DNA of 64,000 nt from Cenarchaeum sp. (GCA_965242695.1 CBDESU010000001.1:480001-544000), one strand, 5' to 3'; counted from the stretch's first letter, positions 28,655 through 38,218 are shown. Notes: generated by a model not told the origin, from the sequence alone. Translations and numbers: made by a program.

Positions 28655-30867
28655 GAAAGACGGCCGCTGAACCATCTGATGCAAAAGTAACTGGGGGCGA
28701 TTGGTTGCCACCCCTTATTGACAAATTTACAGACGACGAAAAACTCCGTCTAGACAACCACTTTTCAAATACGGACAAACCCGTATTTGTAATCACGACA
28801 AAATTGCAAGTCGACCGCGGCGCTCTGATGTCTAGATACAGCCGTAGCGGCAAGGGCATGCGTCGGATATATCTTGAGGAGTTTCTACAAGATCAAAAGA
28901 GGGGCGAGCGGTTCTACGAAAAAGTACTTGGTGAGTATGGAGATGATTCGGTCGCAGAACTTGGAACTACCCAAATCGCAGTTGAAGGCATATCAAACAT
29001 CGTTGCTAAAAAGATCGAAGATAGGAGAATTGGCCTGTCTTTCCTTGAAAAATCATCTAGATACGTCAAGTGGTCTGGTAAAATGAGCGGCCATTACATG
29101 TACTATCGTGGAAGCGACTTGATGGAATCTAGATTTGCTGACGACTATGCCGCGGCGTGCGACTTGGCATTCTCCACATATGCAGATAGCTTAGATGTAA
29201 TGATAGAGTACGTGCATGAGGTTCACCCGATCGAAGATTGTAGCTTCGCGGACTCTGCGACCGGCGCCGAGAATGTTCCCTACGACACCATGAAGGACGA
29301 GGAGTCGATCAAATCGGCCCATTCAGTGTATGAGTCCGCTACAAAGGCAAAAGCGTTGGACGTCCTGCGTGGGTTGCTCCCCGCCTCTGCACTGACCAAC
29401 GTTGGAATCACTGGCAATGGGAGGGCATTCGAATATCTGCTTGCCCACCTGCGCGCATCGCCGCTGTCTGAAGCACGATCTGTTTCTAGCATGATGAAAA
29501 CGGAGCTTGACTCGGTCGTCGGCCCGTTCGTTAGGAGGGCTGGCGACGACACAAAGTACGGCCGTGCACTGATCGACTACCTTGAGAGAACGGATGTTGT
29601 GCGTCGTGAGGCGTATGCGCTGTTAGGCTGTGCCCGTGCTGCCGCCCCTGCACCTACTGTAGACGGTCGTGGTGGTGGCGACAGTGACAAAGATGACTGC
29701 CGTCTATCACGTGCACATCTGGTTGAATGGGACAACCAAAAAGACGCACTAAATTGTATAGTGGCGGCCATGGCATGCGGTGGGCCTGACTCGGTTCGGT
29801 ATGCAGATGCACTCGCTGCCGCAAAGTCAACGCCGCACGAGGTCAAAGTTGGTATTGTCAAAAAGTGTGCCAACCTGCGTCAGAATCGCCGCCACCGCCC
29901 TCCCCGCGCGTTTGAAATGGCATCCTACACATTCGATATCGTCAGCAACTTTGGCATGTTTCGGGACCTGCACCGACATCGCATGCTCACTATGGAGCGA
30001 TCGTTGCTAACAACTGACTACGGCTACGAGGTGCCTCCCGAGGTGGATGGCGCCGACATTGGGCGCACATACAGAGAGTGCATGGAAGCGTCAGGGGCCG
30101 TCTTTGGGCGGATGCGCGACTCGATGCCACACGAGGCGCAGTATGTGGTCAACTTTGGGTACAACTACCCGTATATGATGCGCATGAACCTGCGTGAGGC
30201 CACGCACCTGATCGAGCTTAGGACGGTCCCGCAGGGCCACACGGACTATCGCGCCCTGCTCCAGTCCATGTACCGGCAGATATGCGGGAGGCACCCCGAT
30301 CTTGCCGTCATAATGAGGCACGTCGACATGAAGGAGTACGACCTGGCGCGGCTTGAGTCCGAGAAAAGGGTGGTGCGAAAGATGCGCGAGGCTGACGCGC
30401 CAGGGGCCGGCGGCCACGTGGGCGGGGGACGCATCCGGGCCGGCGACCCGGGCTCGCTCACGCCCGAAGAGTACCGCGTGTGCGTCGAGGGGGCGACGGA
30501 GCCGCCGTTCACGGGAAGGTACCACGACTGCACGGATGCTGGCACGTACAGGTGCGCCTGCTGCGGGGCGGCCCTGTTCGAGTCGGGCGCAAAGTTCGAC
30601 TCGGGGACGGGCTGGCCGAGCTTTTGGCGCCCCGCCTCGGACGCCTCGGTCGGCTCGTCGCCGGATGCGAGCCACGGCATGCTGCGCACCGAGGCGAGCT
30701 GCGCCAGGTGCGGCGCGCACCTCGGCCACGTGTTCGACGACGGGCCTGCGCCGACGGGGCTGCGGTACTGCATAAACTCGGCGTCGCTCAGGCTCGAGGC
30801 GGCGGCCCCGCCCGGCGGGGATCGCACGGAATCGGGAGCGGCGGAGCGGGCGGCGCGCCGGGACTGA
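28651..30867 (+). CDS. thyX: Flavin-dependent thymidylate synthase (double ThyX domain) fused to methionine-R-sulfoxide reductase MsrB
   Basis: [37 protein letters not shown]; then TEPPFTG, Cxx[28 protein letters not shown]. Confidence 0.9.
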   Translation: MRKTAAEPSDAKVTGGDWLPPLIDKFTDDEKLRLDNHFSNTDKPVFVITTKLQVDRGALMSRYSRSGKGMRRIYLEEFLQDQKRGERFYEKVLGEYGDDSVAELGTTQIAVEGISNIVAKKIEDRRIGLSFLEKSSRYVKWSGKMSGHYMYYRGSDLMESRFADDYAAACDLAFSTYADSLDVMIEYVHEVHPIEDCSFADSATGAENVPYDTMKDEESIKSAHSVYESATKAKALDVLRGLLPASALTNVGITGNGRAFEYLLAHLRASPLSEARSVSSMMKTELDSVVGPFVRRAGDDTKYGRALIDYLERTDVVRREAYALLGCARAAAPAPTVDGRGGGDSDKDDCRLSRAHLVEWDNQKDALNCIVAAMACGGPDSVRYADALAAAKSTPHEVKVGIVKKCANLRQNRRHRPPRAFEMASYTFDIVSNFGMFRDLHRHRMLTMERSLLTTDYGYEVPPEVDGADIGRTYRECMEASGAVFGRMRDSMPHEAQYVVNFGYNYPYMMRMNLREATHLIELRTVPQGHTDYRALLQSMYRQICGRHPDLAVIMRHVDMKEYDLARLESEKRVVRKMREADAPGAGGHVGGGRIRAGDPGSLTPEEYRVCVEGATEPPFTGRYHDCTDAGTYRCACCGAALFESGAKFDSGTGWPSFWRPASDASVGSSPDASHGMLRTEASCARCGAHLGHVFDDGPAPTGLRYCINSASLRLEAAAPPGGDRTESGAAERAARRD

Positions 30868-30974
30868 CGGCCGCGGCCCCTGCCGGCCGCCCGCGCTGCG
30901 GCGGGGCGCCCCGCCGGGGACTTCCCGAACGCCGCTTCTGGATGCTTATATGGCGGGCTGATTCGCAGCCCGCC

Positions 30975-31415
30975 ATGGCGGTGGCGGACCCAAAGCGGGC
31001 GGCAGGGGCCAGCGGCGGGGCGGATGCCGCCGCGCCGCGCGCGCGGCCGGCTCTGGCGGCGGCCCAAAAGCAGGCGCGCCCCGATTTTGGCCGTCCGTCG
31101 AGCCTACCCGCGCGCAGCCGCCCGCCTGCCGAGGGTCGGGTGACCAAGGGTTACGACGTCCTGGCGGATCTAGACCGGCTCATTGCAGGGGACGCCGACG
31201 ATGCATGCAGGGCGCGGCTCGGGGCGTGGCACAGGGAGCAGATCCGGGAGCATATTGAACAGATCGGGGAGCATAACAGGGCGCAGATCGGGGAGCATAA
31301 CAGGGCGCAGATCCATGAGCATATCCTGGAGCAGATCGACTACGACACCCACGTGGGCATCACTAGGGACTTGGTGCGCGCATACGCCCTCCCGCCGGTC
31401 CCCGAGCCGTCCTAG
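30975..31415 (+). CDS. Small hypothetical protein with variable Glu/Ile-rich repeat (partner A1)
   Basis: CTTATATG box ~24 nt upstream; three paralogs in the window share IDY(D/N)xxVGIxRDL(V/I)RAY. Confidence 0.7.
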   Translation: MAVADPKRAAGASGGADAAAPRARPALAAAQKQARPDFGRPSSLPARSRPPAEGRVTKGYDVLADLDRLIAGDADDACRARLGAWHREQIREHIEQIGEHNRAQIGEHNRAQIHEHILEQIDYDTHVGITRDLVRAYALPPVPEPS

Positions 31416-31657
31416 CGCCGTCCCTCAAGGCCCACTGCTCGGCGCTCGTGTACGCTTGCATCCGTCGAGGTTTTTTGCACTGCCGTTTTTTCCATCCGTA
31501 CGACTAGGCCGCCTGCGCGTAGTCCCCGCGTTGCCGTACTCTTGTAACTAGGGTGGCGGGCCTGGGTGGACATCAAGTCTTGTGCGATGCTCTGTCCTTG
31601 CTCCGATTATGCCTCAGGGCGCCTCGTGGGGGACTCCCTGTCGAGCTGTTTCTGCCA

Positions 31658-31733
31658 CCGTGTTGCATAACCAAGTGTTGACGCCTACGGCATAGTAGCA
31701 CGTAGGCGTCAAGATGGCCCTTATCCAACACGG
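31658..31733. other. Long intergenic hairpin (copy 1; copy 2 at 32864-32939)
   Basis: Perfect 12-bp arms ttgacgcctacg/cgtaggcgtcaa nested inside ccgtgttg/caacacgg arms. Confidence 0.75.
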
Positions 31734-31770
31734 CAGTTTCCGCCCGCACGCCATTCGCCGTCTGTGCGCA

Positions 31771-32040
31771 CTACCTGTAACCAAACGCCTTGTCGCGGGC
31801 CTCGTCGGCTTCCTTGCTCCTGCCTGCCTCGGCCAGCGCCTTGGCAAGATCAATCCACACCCTTGCATTCCCCGCGTCCAGCTCGGCGGCCCTCCTGTAC
31901 GCCGGCAGCGACTCCTCGACGCGGCCCGACTCGTAGAGCGCGCCGGCCAGGCCCAGGTGCGCCCTTGCATTCCCCGCGTCCAGCTCGGCGGCCCTCCTGT
32001 ACGCCGGCAGCGACTCCTCGGCGCAGCCGGCCTTGCGATC
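31771..32040 (-). pseudogene. Orphan 3' fragment of TPR gene
   Basis: Matches the last ~2.5 repeats of 32977-33717; homology breaks at ~32020; no convincing start. Confidence 0.7.
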
Positions 32041-32196
32041 GCGCCTCCGAGGTGCTATGCGCGGCGCCCTCCAACCGCAGGCGCCCCGCCATGGGGTACG
32101 ATGGACGGGGAAGAGTGGTGGGGATCTGACCACCCACGGCGATGCTCCGTAAGCCGCTTTTGAATGCTTATATGGCCGGCTGATTCGCAACCCGAC

Positions 32197-32625
32197 ATGG
32201 CGATGGCTGACCCGAAGCGAGCGTCACGGGGCAGCGGCGGGGCGGATGCCGCCGCGCCGCGCGCGCGGCCGGCTCCGGCGGCAGTCCAAAGGCAGGCGCG
32301 CCCCGATTTTACCCGTCCGTCGAGCCTATCCGCGCGCAGATGTCCGCCTGCCGAGGGTCAGGTGACCGAGGGTTACGACGTGCTGGCGGATCTAGACCGG
32401 CTCATTGCAGGGGACGCTGACGATGCATGCAGGGCGCGGCTCGGGGCGTGGCACAGGGAGCAGATCGAGCAGAACCAGAAGGAGATCAGGGAGGAGATCG
32501 AGGAGGGGATCAGGGAGGAGATCGAGGAGGGGATCAGGGCGCAGATTGACTACGACACCCGCGTGGGCATCACTAGGGATCTGGTGCGCGCATACGCCCT
32601 CCCACCGGTTCCGGAGCCGTCCTAG
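32197..32625 (+). CDS. Small hypothetical protein with (EEGIREEI)-type repeat (partner A2)
   Basis: Same promoter box as A1; paralog. Confidence 0.7.
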   Translation: MAMADPKRASRGSGGADAAAPRARPAPAAVQRQARPDFTRPSSLSARRCPPAEGQVTEGYDVLADLDRLIAGDADDACRARLGAWHREQIEQNQKEIREEIEEGIREEIEEGIRAQIDYDTRVGITRDLVRAYALPPVPEPS

Positions 32626-32976
32626 CGCCGTCCAAGCTCCCTTCTCGGCGCTCGCGTACGCTTGCATCCGTCGAGGTTTTTTGCACTGCCGTTTTTTCCA
32701 TCCGTACGACTAGGCCGCCTGCGCGTAGTCCCCGCGTTGCCGTACTCTTGTAACTAGGGTGGCGGGCCTGGGTGGACATCAAGTCTTGTGCGATGCTCTG
32801 TCCTTGCTCCGATTATGCCTCAGGGCGCCTCGTGGGGGACTCCCTGTCGAGCTGTTTCTGCCACCGTGTTGCATAACCAAGTGTTGACGCCTACGGCATA
32901 GTAGCACGTAGGCGTCAAGATGGCCCTTATCCAACACGGCAGTTTCCGCCCGCACGCCATTCGCCGTCTGTGCGCA

Positions 32977-33717
32977 CTACCTGTAACCAAACGCCTTGTC
33001 GCGGGCCTCGTCGGCTTCCTTGCTCCTGCCTGCCTCGGCCAGCGCCTTGGCAAGATCAATCCACACCCTTGCATTCCCCGCGTCCAGCTCGGCGGCCCTC
33101 CTGTACGCCGGCAGCGACTCCTCGACGCGGCCCGACTCGTAGAGCGCGCCGGCCAGGCCCAGGTGCGCCCTTGCATTCCCCGCGTCCAGCTCGGCGGCCC
33201 TCCTGTACGCCGGCAGCGACTCCTCGATGCGGCCTGTCCTGAAGAGCGCGCCGGCCAGGCCCAGGTGCGCCCTTGCATTCCCCGCGTCCAGCTCGGCGGC
33301 CCTCCTGTACGCCGGCAGCGACTCCTCGATGCGGCCTGTCCTGAAGAGCGCGCCGGCCAGGCCCAGGTGCGCCCTTGCATTCCCCGCGTCCAGCTCGGCG
33401 GCCCTCCTGTACGCCGGCAGCGACTCCTCGATGCGGCCTGTCCTGAAGAGCGCGCCGGCCAGGCCCAGGTGCACCCCTGCATTCCCCGCGTCCAGCTCGG
33501 CGGCCCTCCTGTACGCCGGCACCGACTCCTCGATGCGGCCCGACTTGTAGAGCGCGCCGGCCAGGCCCAGGTGCGCCCCTGCATTCCCCGCGTCCAGCTC
33601 GGCGGCCCTCCTGTACGCCGGCAGCGACTCCTCGACGCGGCCTGCCTTGAAGAGCTCGCTGGCGAGCCCCCTATACGCGGCCCCTCGCCCCAGCTCGCGC
33701 TCAATGCGGCCGGTCAT
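32977..33717 (-). CDS. TPR array (C-terminal part of split HEPN-TPR gene)
   Basis: About six near-identical 102-bp repeats GR(I/V)EESLPAYRRAAELDAGNARAHLGLAGAL; ATGA overlap with upstream ORF. Confidence 0.85.
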   Translation of the reverse strand: MTGRIERELGRGAAYRGLASELFKAGRVEESLPAYRRAAELDAGNAGAHLGLAGALYKSGRIEESVPAYRRAAELDAGNAGVHLGLAGALFRTGRIEESLPAYRRAAELDAGNARAHLGLAGALFRTGRIEESLPAYRRAAELDAGNARAHLGLAGALFRTGRIEESLPAYRRAAELDAGNARAHLGLAGALYESGRVEESLPAYRRAAELDAGNARVWIDLAKALAEAGRSKEADEARDKAFGYR

Positions 33718-34916
33718 GGCGCCGTCGCCTCGGACTCCCTACCCGATCCGCTCCCAAAGTCCATCCTGTATGCGATGCTGACTGCGGCGCGGTACTCCTT
33801 GATCGCCTCCTTGTTGCGGCCGAGGGCGGCAAGCGAGTTTGCAAGCCCCGTGCGGCCGGCCGCGTCGTCCGGATCCTTCTCGATCGCCCTGCGGTACCAC
33901 CTTGCGGCGCTTTCGTACTGCCCCATCATGGCCAGTGCAAGGCCGCAGCCCGCACGCGCCGACAACTCCTCCGAGTCGAAGCGGAGCGCGTCCTCGTGGC
34001 ACTCTATGGCCAGGACGTCCCTTTCACTGTCCCTTGCCACGCCCAGGGCATGCCCCCCTGCGATGCGGGCCGGCACGTAGCCTGGATCCGCCCCTATCGA
34101 TCCCTTGTACATGAAAAGGGCCTCTTCGGGGCGCCCCGCCCGCACCATCAGGTGGCCCATCTCGAGGTGCGCCAGGGCGTAGCCGGGATTGACCTCCTGC
34201 GCCTTTTTGTAGCATGCCTCCGCCTCGCCCTCGCGGCCCAGCCTTGCATGCGCGTGCCCCGCGCAGGTGTGCACCCACGCGCCCAGCTTTCCGGCTATGT
34301 CGAGGCGGCCGCACACGCCGAGCACCCCCTCGTACGCCCTGCGCGCATCGGCGTACCTTCCGACAAGCGACATGGCGCGGCCCTCGACGAGCAGGAGCGC
34401 GGTCATGTACCGCGGGCGCCCGGCAAGGACGGCGCATATGACGTCCCTGACTATGGCGTACGCCCTGGCCTCGTTGAACCTTACGATGCCCACGGTGTGC
34501 GTGAGGGCATGCCTTGTCCTGAACAGCCATCGGAGCCGCCTTCCATGCGTCTTGAGGAGCCTGCGCAGGACGGGTATGCCGCGCCACTCGGCCATTTCCA
34601 TGATCGACTTGGCGCTCTGAAAGGTGCTGGCCGACGCCTCGATCCTGGACTCTGCCAGGGCGACCGCCCTGCTGAGGCCCCTGACGGACCTGATGACGAT
34701 GCGCCGCGCCCCGCGTCCCCTGTCCATGTCGAGCTCGAGGATCAGCCTGAGAAACTGCTCTAGGACGGTCACGGACTGCGTGACCACCCCCATCCGCGCC
34801 AGCTCGTTGCCCGTGCCGACGTTGGCCATGATCATGACCAGCCTTATGAACACGCCGAGCATGCTCTGCGTGACCAGCTCGGCCGTGAGGGGGTGGCTGC
34901 CCTTTCTTCGGTTCAC
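33714..34916 (-). CDS. HEPN-like domain + TPR protein (copy A)
   Basis: VTVLEQFLR, STFQS and RHALTH (Rx4H, 34497-34514) followed by TPRs; TTAAATAA box upstream. Confidence 0.75.
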   Translation of the reverse strand: MNRRKGSHPLTAELVTQSMLGVFIRLVMIMANVGTGNELARMGVVTQSVTVLEQFLRLILELDMDRGRGARRIVIRSVRGLSRAVALAESRIEASASTFQSAKSIMEMAEWRGIPVLRRLLKTHGRRLRWLFRTRHALTHTVGIVRFNEARAYAIVRDVICAVLAGRPRYMTALLLVEGRAMSLVGRYADARRAYEGVLGVCGRLDIAGKLGAWVHTCAGHAHARLGREGEAEACYKKAQEVNPGYALAHLEMGHLMVRAGRPEEALFMYKGSIGADPGYVPARIAGGHALGVARDSERDVLAIECHEDALRFDSEELSARAGCGLALAMMGQYESAARWYRRAIEKDPDDAAGRTGLANSLAALGRNKEAIKEYRAAVSIAYRMDFGSGSGRESEATAP

Positions 34917-35016
34917 GACGGTGCCGCATCGCACTATTATTTAAGGTTTCAATACGGCTTAGGCGTAAAAGACGGCCCTGCTTCGCGCCAAGGCTCCAGG
35001 GGGCGATCTGCGCCAG

Positions 35017-35802
35017 GTGCGGCCCAGATTTAAATCATCCTCCCCGCCCGCGCGCCGCGTGCGCGTACACGGCCCGTCGGCCGCCCTCGGGGGCGGGATC
35101 GCCGCGGCCGCCGCGGTCGCCGCAGCGGCCGCCCTGCTGGCCCTTGCGCCGCCCCCTTCGGATCAGGGCGCCGCCGAGCCGGCCCTGCGGCCTGCCGGCG
35201 AGTACCCCGCGGGCGGGCGCGGCGCGCTCGACACGGCGGCCCTGCTCTCGGCCCTCACGGGCAATGCGCCGCCTGCCCTCGGCGACGAGGATGCGCCCGT
35301 CACGCTCGTAGAGTTCGGCGACTACCAGTGCCACTTTTGCAACCGCTTCTTCCACGACACGGAGGCGGCCATAGTCGAGGAATATGTCGACGCGGGCCTT
35401 GTCCGCATCATATTCAAGGACTATACGATAATCGGCCCCGACTCTGTGTCCGCGGCCCAGGCGGCGCGGTGCGCCGCCGACCAGGGCCTGTTCTGGGAGT
35501 ACCACGACGCCCTGTACAACGGGTGGGACGGCGAGAATACGGGGTGGGCGTCGGCCGAGGGCCTTGTGGCATTTGCGTCCTCCGTTGAAGGCCTCGACGA
35601 GGACGTGTGGTCGGCATGCGTGTCGGCCGGGGAGCACGCGGCCGCCGTCGATGCGAGCAACGCCGATGCGCGCGCGCTCGGCCTTACGGGCACGCCGGCG
35701 TTCTTTGTCATAAGCGACGGCGGCGGCCGCATCGCGCAGATATCCGGCGCGCAGCCCTACGAGGTGTTCGCAGGGGTGTTCGACTCGGAGCTTGGCAGGT
35801 AG
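35017..35802 (+). CDS. DsbA-like thioredoxin-fold protein
   Basis: LGDEDAPVTLVEFGDYQCHFC, GTPAFF, GAQPY; N-terminal hydrophobic anchor; true start probably ~35059. Confidence 0.92.
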   Translation: MRPRFKSSSPPARRVRVHGPSAALGGGIAAAAAVAAAAALLALAPPPSDQGAAEPALRPAGEYPAGGRGALDTAALLSALTGNAPPALGDEDAPVTLVEFGDYQCHFCNRFFHDTEAAIVEEYVDAGLVRIIFKDYTIIGPDSVSAAQAARCAADQGLFWEYHDALYNGWDGENTGWASAEGLVAFASSVEGLDEDVWSACVSAGEHAAAVDASNADARALGLTGTPAFFVISDGGGRIAQISGAQPYEVFAGVFDSELGR

Positions 35803-35830
35803 CCGCCCGCGCGCCCCGGGCCGCCGATCC

Positions 35831-35935
35831 CTACCTGAACGAGTCGTACCCGCCGAACATCGGCGAGCCGAGCAGGAATGCGACGACGACGGCGGTGCCG
35901 AGGATCGCCCCGGCCACAATGTACCGCTTGTTCAC
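35831..35935 (-). CDS. 34-aa single-TM microprotein (absent from ORF track)
   Basis: GTG-NKRYIVAGAILGTAVVVAFLLGSPMFGGYDSFR-TAG; TTTTTAA box ~22 nt upstream. Confidence 0.6.
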   Translation of the reverse strand: MNKRYIVAGAILGTAVVVAFLLGSPMFGGYDSFR

Positions 35936-36035
35936 GGCCGCCGGCCGGCGCCGCCCGTTAAAAACCGTGGACGCTCTCGCCCGCCTGCCCCGGCCGCCCG
36001 ATTACCCTTTTAAGGAAACGCGCCGCGGGCGCCGC

Positions 36036-37430
36036 ATGGCCGCCGGAATCGACGACATGGCCGTGTACATACCGCGCCTGTACCTCGACGCCGACGACTT
36101 TGCGCAGATGCGCGGAGTCGACGCGACAAAGCTGCGCGACGGCCTCGGCGTCCACCAGATGGCCATAGTCGACAGCAACCAGGATCCCGCATGCATGGCG
36201 GCCAACGCGTGCCTGCGGATAATGCGCGCAAACGACCTCTCGCCGGCCGACGTCGGGAGGCTGTACGTCTCGACCGAGTCTTCGCTCGACGAGTCCAAGG
36301 CGATGAACTCTTACGTGATCGGCATGCTCGAGCAGGTGTACGGCGAGGGCTCGTTCGAGCACTGCGGCGGCGTCGAGACAAAGTTCGCATGCGTGAGCGG
36401 ATCGTACGCCCTGTACGACAACGCCAACTGGATACGCGCCGGCGAGGCCGAGGGGCAGCATGCGCTCGTCGTCGTCTCGGACATCGCAAAGTACGACATG
36501 GGATCGTCCGGCGAGATGACGCAGGGCGCCGGGGCGGTCGCGATCCTGCTCAACGACGAGCCGCGCATTTTGGCGTTCGACCCGCGCGTGACGGCCACGT
36601 CCATCCGCGACGAGTACGACTTTTACCGCCCGTTCGGCAAGGAGACGCCGATCGTGCACGGCCAGTACTCGAACCTCCTGTACCTCATACAGGTGCGCAA
36701 GGCGCTCGACCTGTACAAGAAAAAGGTCGCCGCCGCGGGCCTGCTCGACCTGGGCCCCGAAGAGTCGGTCCTGGACCGCATGGACTACATCAACATGCAC
36801 CTGCCCTACTCGAACATGGGGCGCAAGGCCCTTGCGTACCTCATGCGGCACGAGTGGAGGGGCCTGCCGCGCTGGGCCCCGCTGATCGAAAAGGTCGGCA
36901 TGGACGAGCCCGTCCCGAACGACCCGCGCGGGACGATCGAGTCGGTCATGGCCGACCGCGAGTTCATGCAGAGGGACCACGAGTTCCAGCGCCGCCTGAC
37001 CGCGACCGAAGAGTTCCGCTCGGTGTACGAGTCCAAGCTTGCAAGCTCGCTGATCGCGTCGGCCATGGTCGGCAACCTGTACACGGCGTCGCTGTACCTG
37101 GGCCTGCGCAGCACGCTGGAGTTCGAGCACCGCAAGGGCCTCGACCTGGCCGGCCGGCGGTTCGGGTTCGGATCGTACGGGTCGGGCAGCTCGGCGATGG
37201 TGTTCTCGGGGGTCGTCCAGGACGGGTACGCCGACAGGGTGCGCGGGATGGACATTGCCGCCGAGATCGGCGAGCGCCGGCGCCTCTCGCTAGGCGAGTA
37301 CGAGATGATACACGAGAACAAGCTCGCGCCGGAAGAGTCCATACTGCGGCCCTCTGGCGAGTTTTGCCTCGTGCAGGTAAAGACGTCGCCCGAGTCGCGC
37401 GGCGAGCGCCGCTACGCGTACGGCGGGTAG
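36036..37430 (+). CDS. Hydroxymethylglutaryl-CoA synthase
   Basis: STESSLDESK, KFACVSG, DIAKY, TQGAGAVA, HLPY, VGNLYTASLY, SYGSG. Confidence 0.93.
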   Translation: MAAGIDDMAVYIPRLYLDADDFAQMRGVDATKLRDGLGVHQMAIVDSNQDPACMAANACLRIMRANDLSPADVGRLYVSTESSLDESKAMNSYVIGMLEQVYGEGSFEHCGGVETKFACVSGSYALYDNANWIRAGEAEGQHALVVVSDIAKYDMGSSGEMTQGAGAVAILLNDEPRILAFDPRVTATSIRDEYDFYRPFGKETPIVHGQYSNLLYLIQVRKALDLYKKKVAAAGLLDLGPEESVLDRMDYINMHLPYSNMGRKALAYLMRHEWRGLPRWAPLIEKVGMDEPVPNDPRGTIESVMADREFMQRDHEFQRRLTATEEFRSVYESKLASSLIASAMVGNLYTASLYLGLRSTLEFEHRKGLDLAGRRFGFGSYGSGSSAMVFSGVVQDGYADRVRGMDIAAEIGERRRLSLGEYEMIHENKLAPEESILRPSGEFCLVQVKTSPESRGERRYAYGG

Positions 37431-37432
37431 CG

Positions 37433-38218
37433 ATGGCGCGCGGGGCGGCGGGCCGGCCGGGGCCCGCGGGCGCGGATGCGGCTGCGGCTGCCGCCGCCGC
37501 CGGGCCCCTCGATCTGCCGGAGCTCGCAAGGGCAGCCGCGTACGGCGCGATCGACGAGGTCGGCAGGGCTGCGATTGCCGCCGAGCTGCGCGGGGCGGCC
37601 GGCCGAGGGGGAGGCTCGGCGGGGGCAGCGCCGCCTGCCGCTGCGCCTGGCGGCCCGATCGACCGCGCCGTCCGCATCGCGGCCGGCCGCGCCGGCCTGC
37701 CAGACCCGCGCGCCGCCGCCTGCCCTCCCGAATTCGATGCGGCCGCCGCGGCCGTCCTGACCGCTCTCCTGCACTACCTGCTCTCCGCTGCCTCGGTGCC
37801 GAGCCAGCGCAGGGTGGCAGTCGGCGGCGAAGAGATCGACGTCGTCGTGCCGGATGCGGCCGGCCTGCCTGACGCGGTCGCGGTGTGCATCGCCGGCGAT
37901 GCCGGCCTGCCTGCCGCCGCATCGCGCATCGCGGCCGCATCGGCCGCGCTGCGGCTGCCTCGCGAGCGCGTTTGGGCCGCCGGGTGGTCGCGCTCTTTCG
38001 CGCACTCCAGGCCGGCCGCCGCCCTCCGCGCCCCCTCCCCGGGGCCTGCACGGGCGTACCTTGCATCCGACGGCTCGTTCTCGTCGCTCGTCCCCGACCT
38101 GGCAGCGTTTGCGGCCCTGCCAGCGGGGGAGGGAGGCGGCAGCGGCGGCGGCCGCCGCGGCAGGCGGCTCGGCCTGTCCGGTTTTGCAGACGGCGAGCGG
38201 CGCGCGAACAAGAATTAA
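37433..38218 (+). CDS. Hypothetical protein, possibly degenerate PD-(D/E)xK-like fold
   Basis: Operonic after HMG-CoA synthase; LLHYLL...PSQRRV...EIDVVVPD core. Confidence 0.55.
   Translation: MARGAAGRPGPAGADAAAAAAAAGPLDLPELARAAAYGAIDEVGRAAIAAELRGAAGRGGGSAGAAPPAAAPGGPIDRAVRIAAGRAGLPDPRAAACPPEFDAAAAAVLTALLHYLLSAASVPSQRRVAVGGEEIDVVVPDAAGLPDAVAVCIAGDAGLPAAASRIAAASAALRLPRERVWAAGWSRSFAHSRPAAALRAPSPGPARAYLASDGSFSSLVPDLAAFAALPAGEGGGSGGGRRGRRLGLSGFADGERRANKN

Larger units (their letters stand above)
30940..33226. repeat. Tandem duplication, period ~1.2 kb
   Basis: 31451-32020 matches 32657-33226 (offset 1206) with no difference seen by eye; the upstream partner genes are clearly diverged. Confidence 0.92.

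Noticed and set aside
30940-33226. Duplication as a DGR template/variable repeat pair
   Set aside because: No reverse transcriptase in the window, and the differences are not adenine-specific and include repeat indels
33040-33650. 102-bp repeats as a CRISPR array
   Set aside because: No unique spacers; the units are in-frame TPR codons and no cas genes are present
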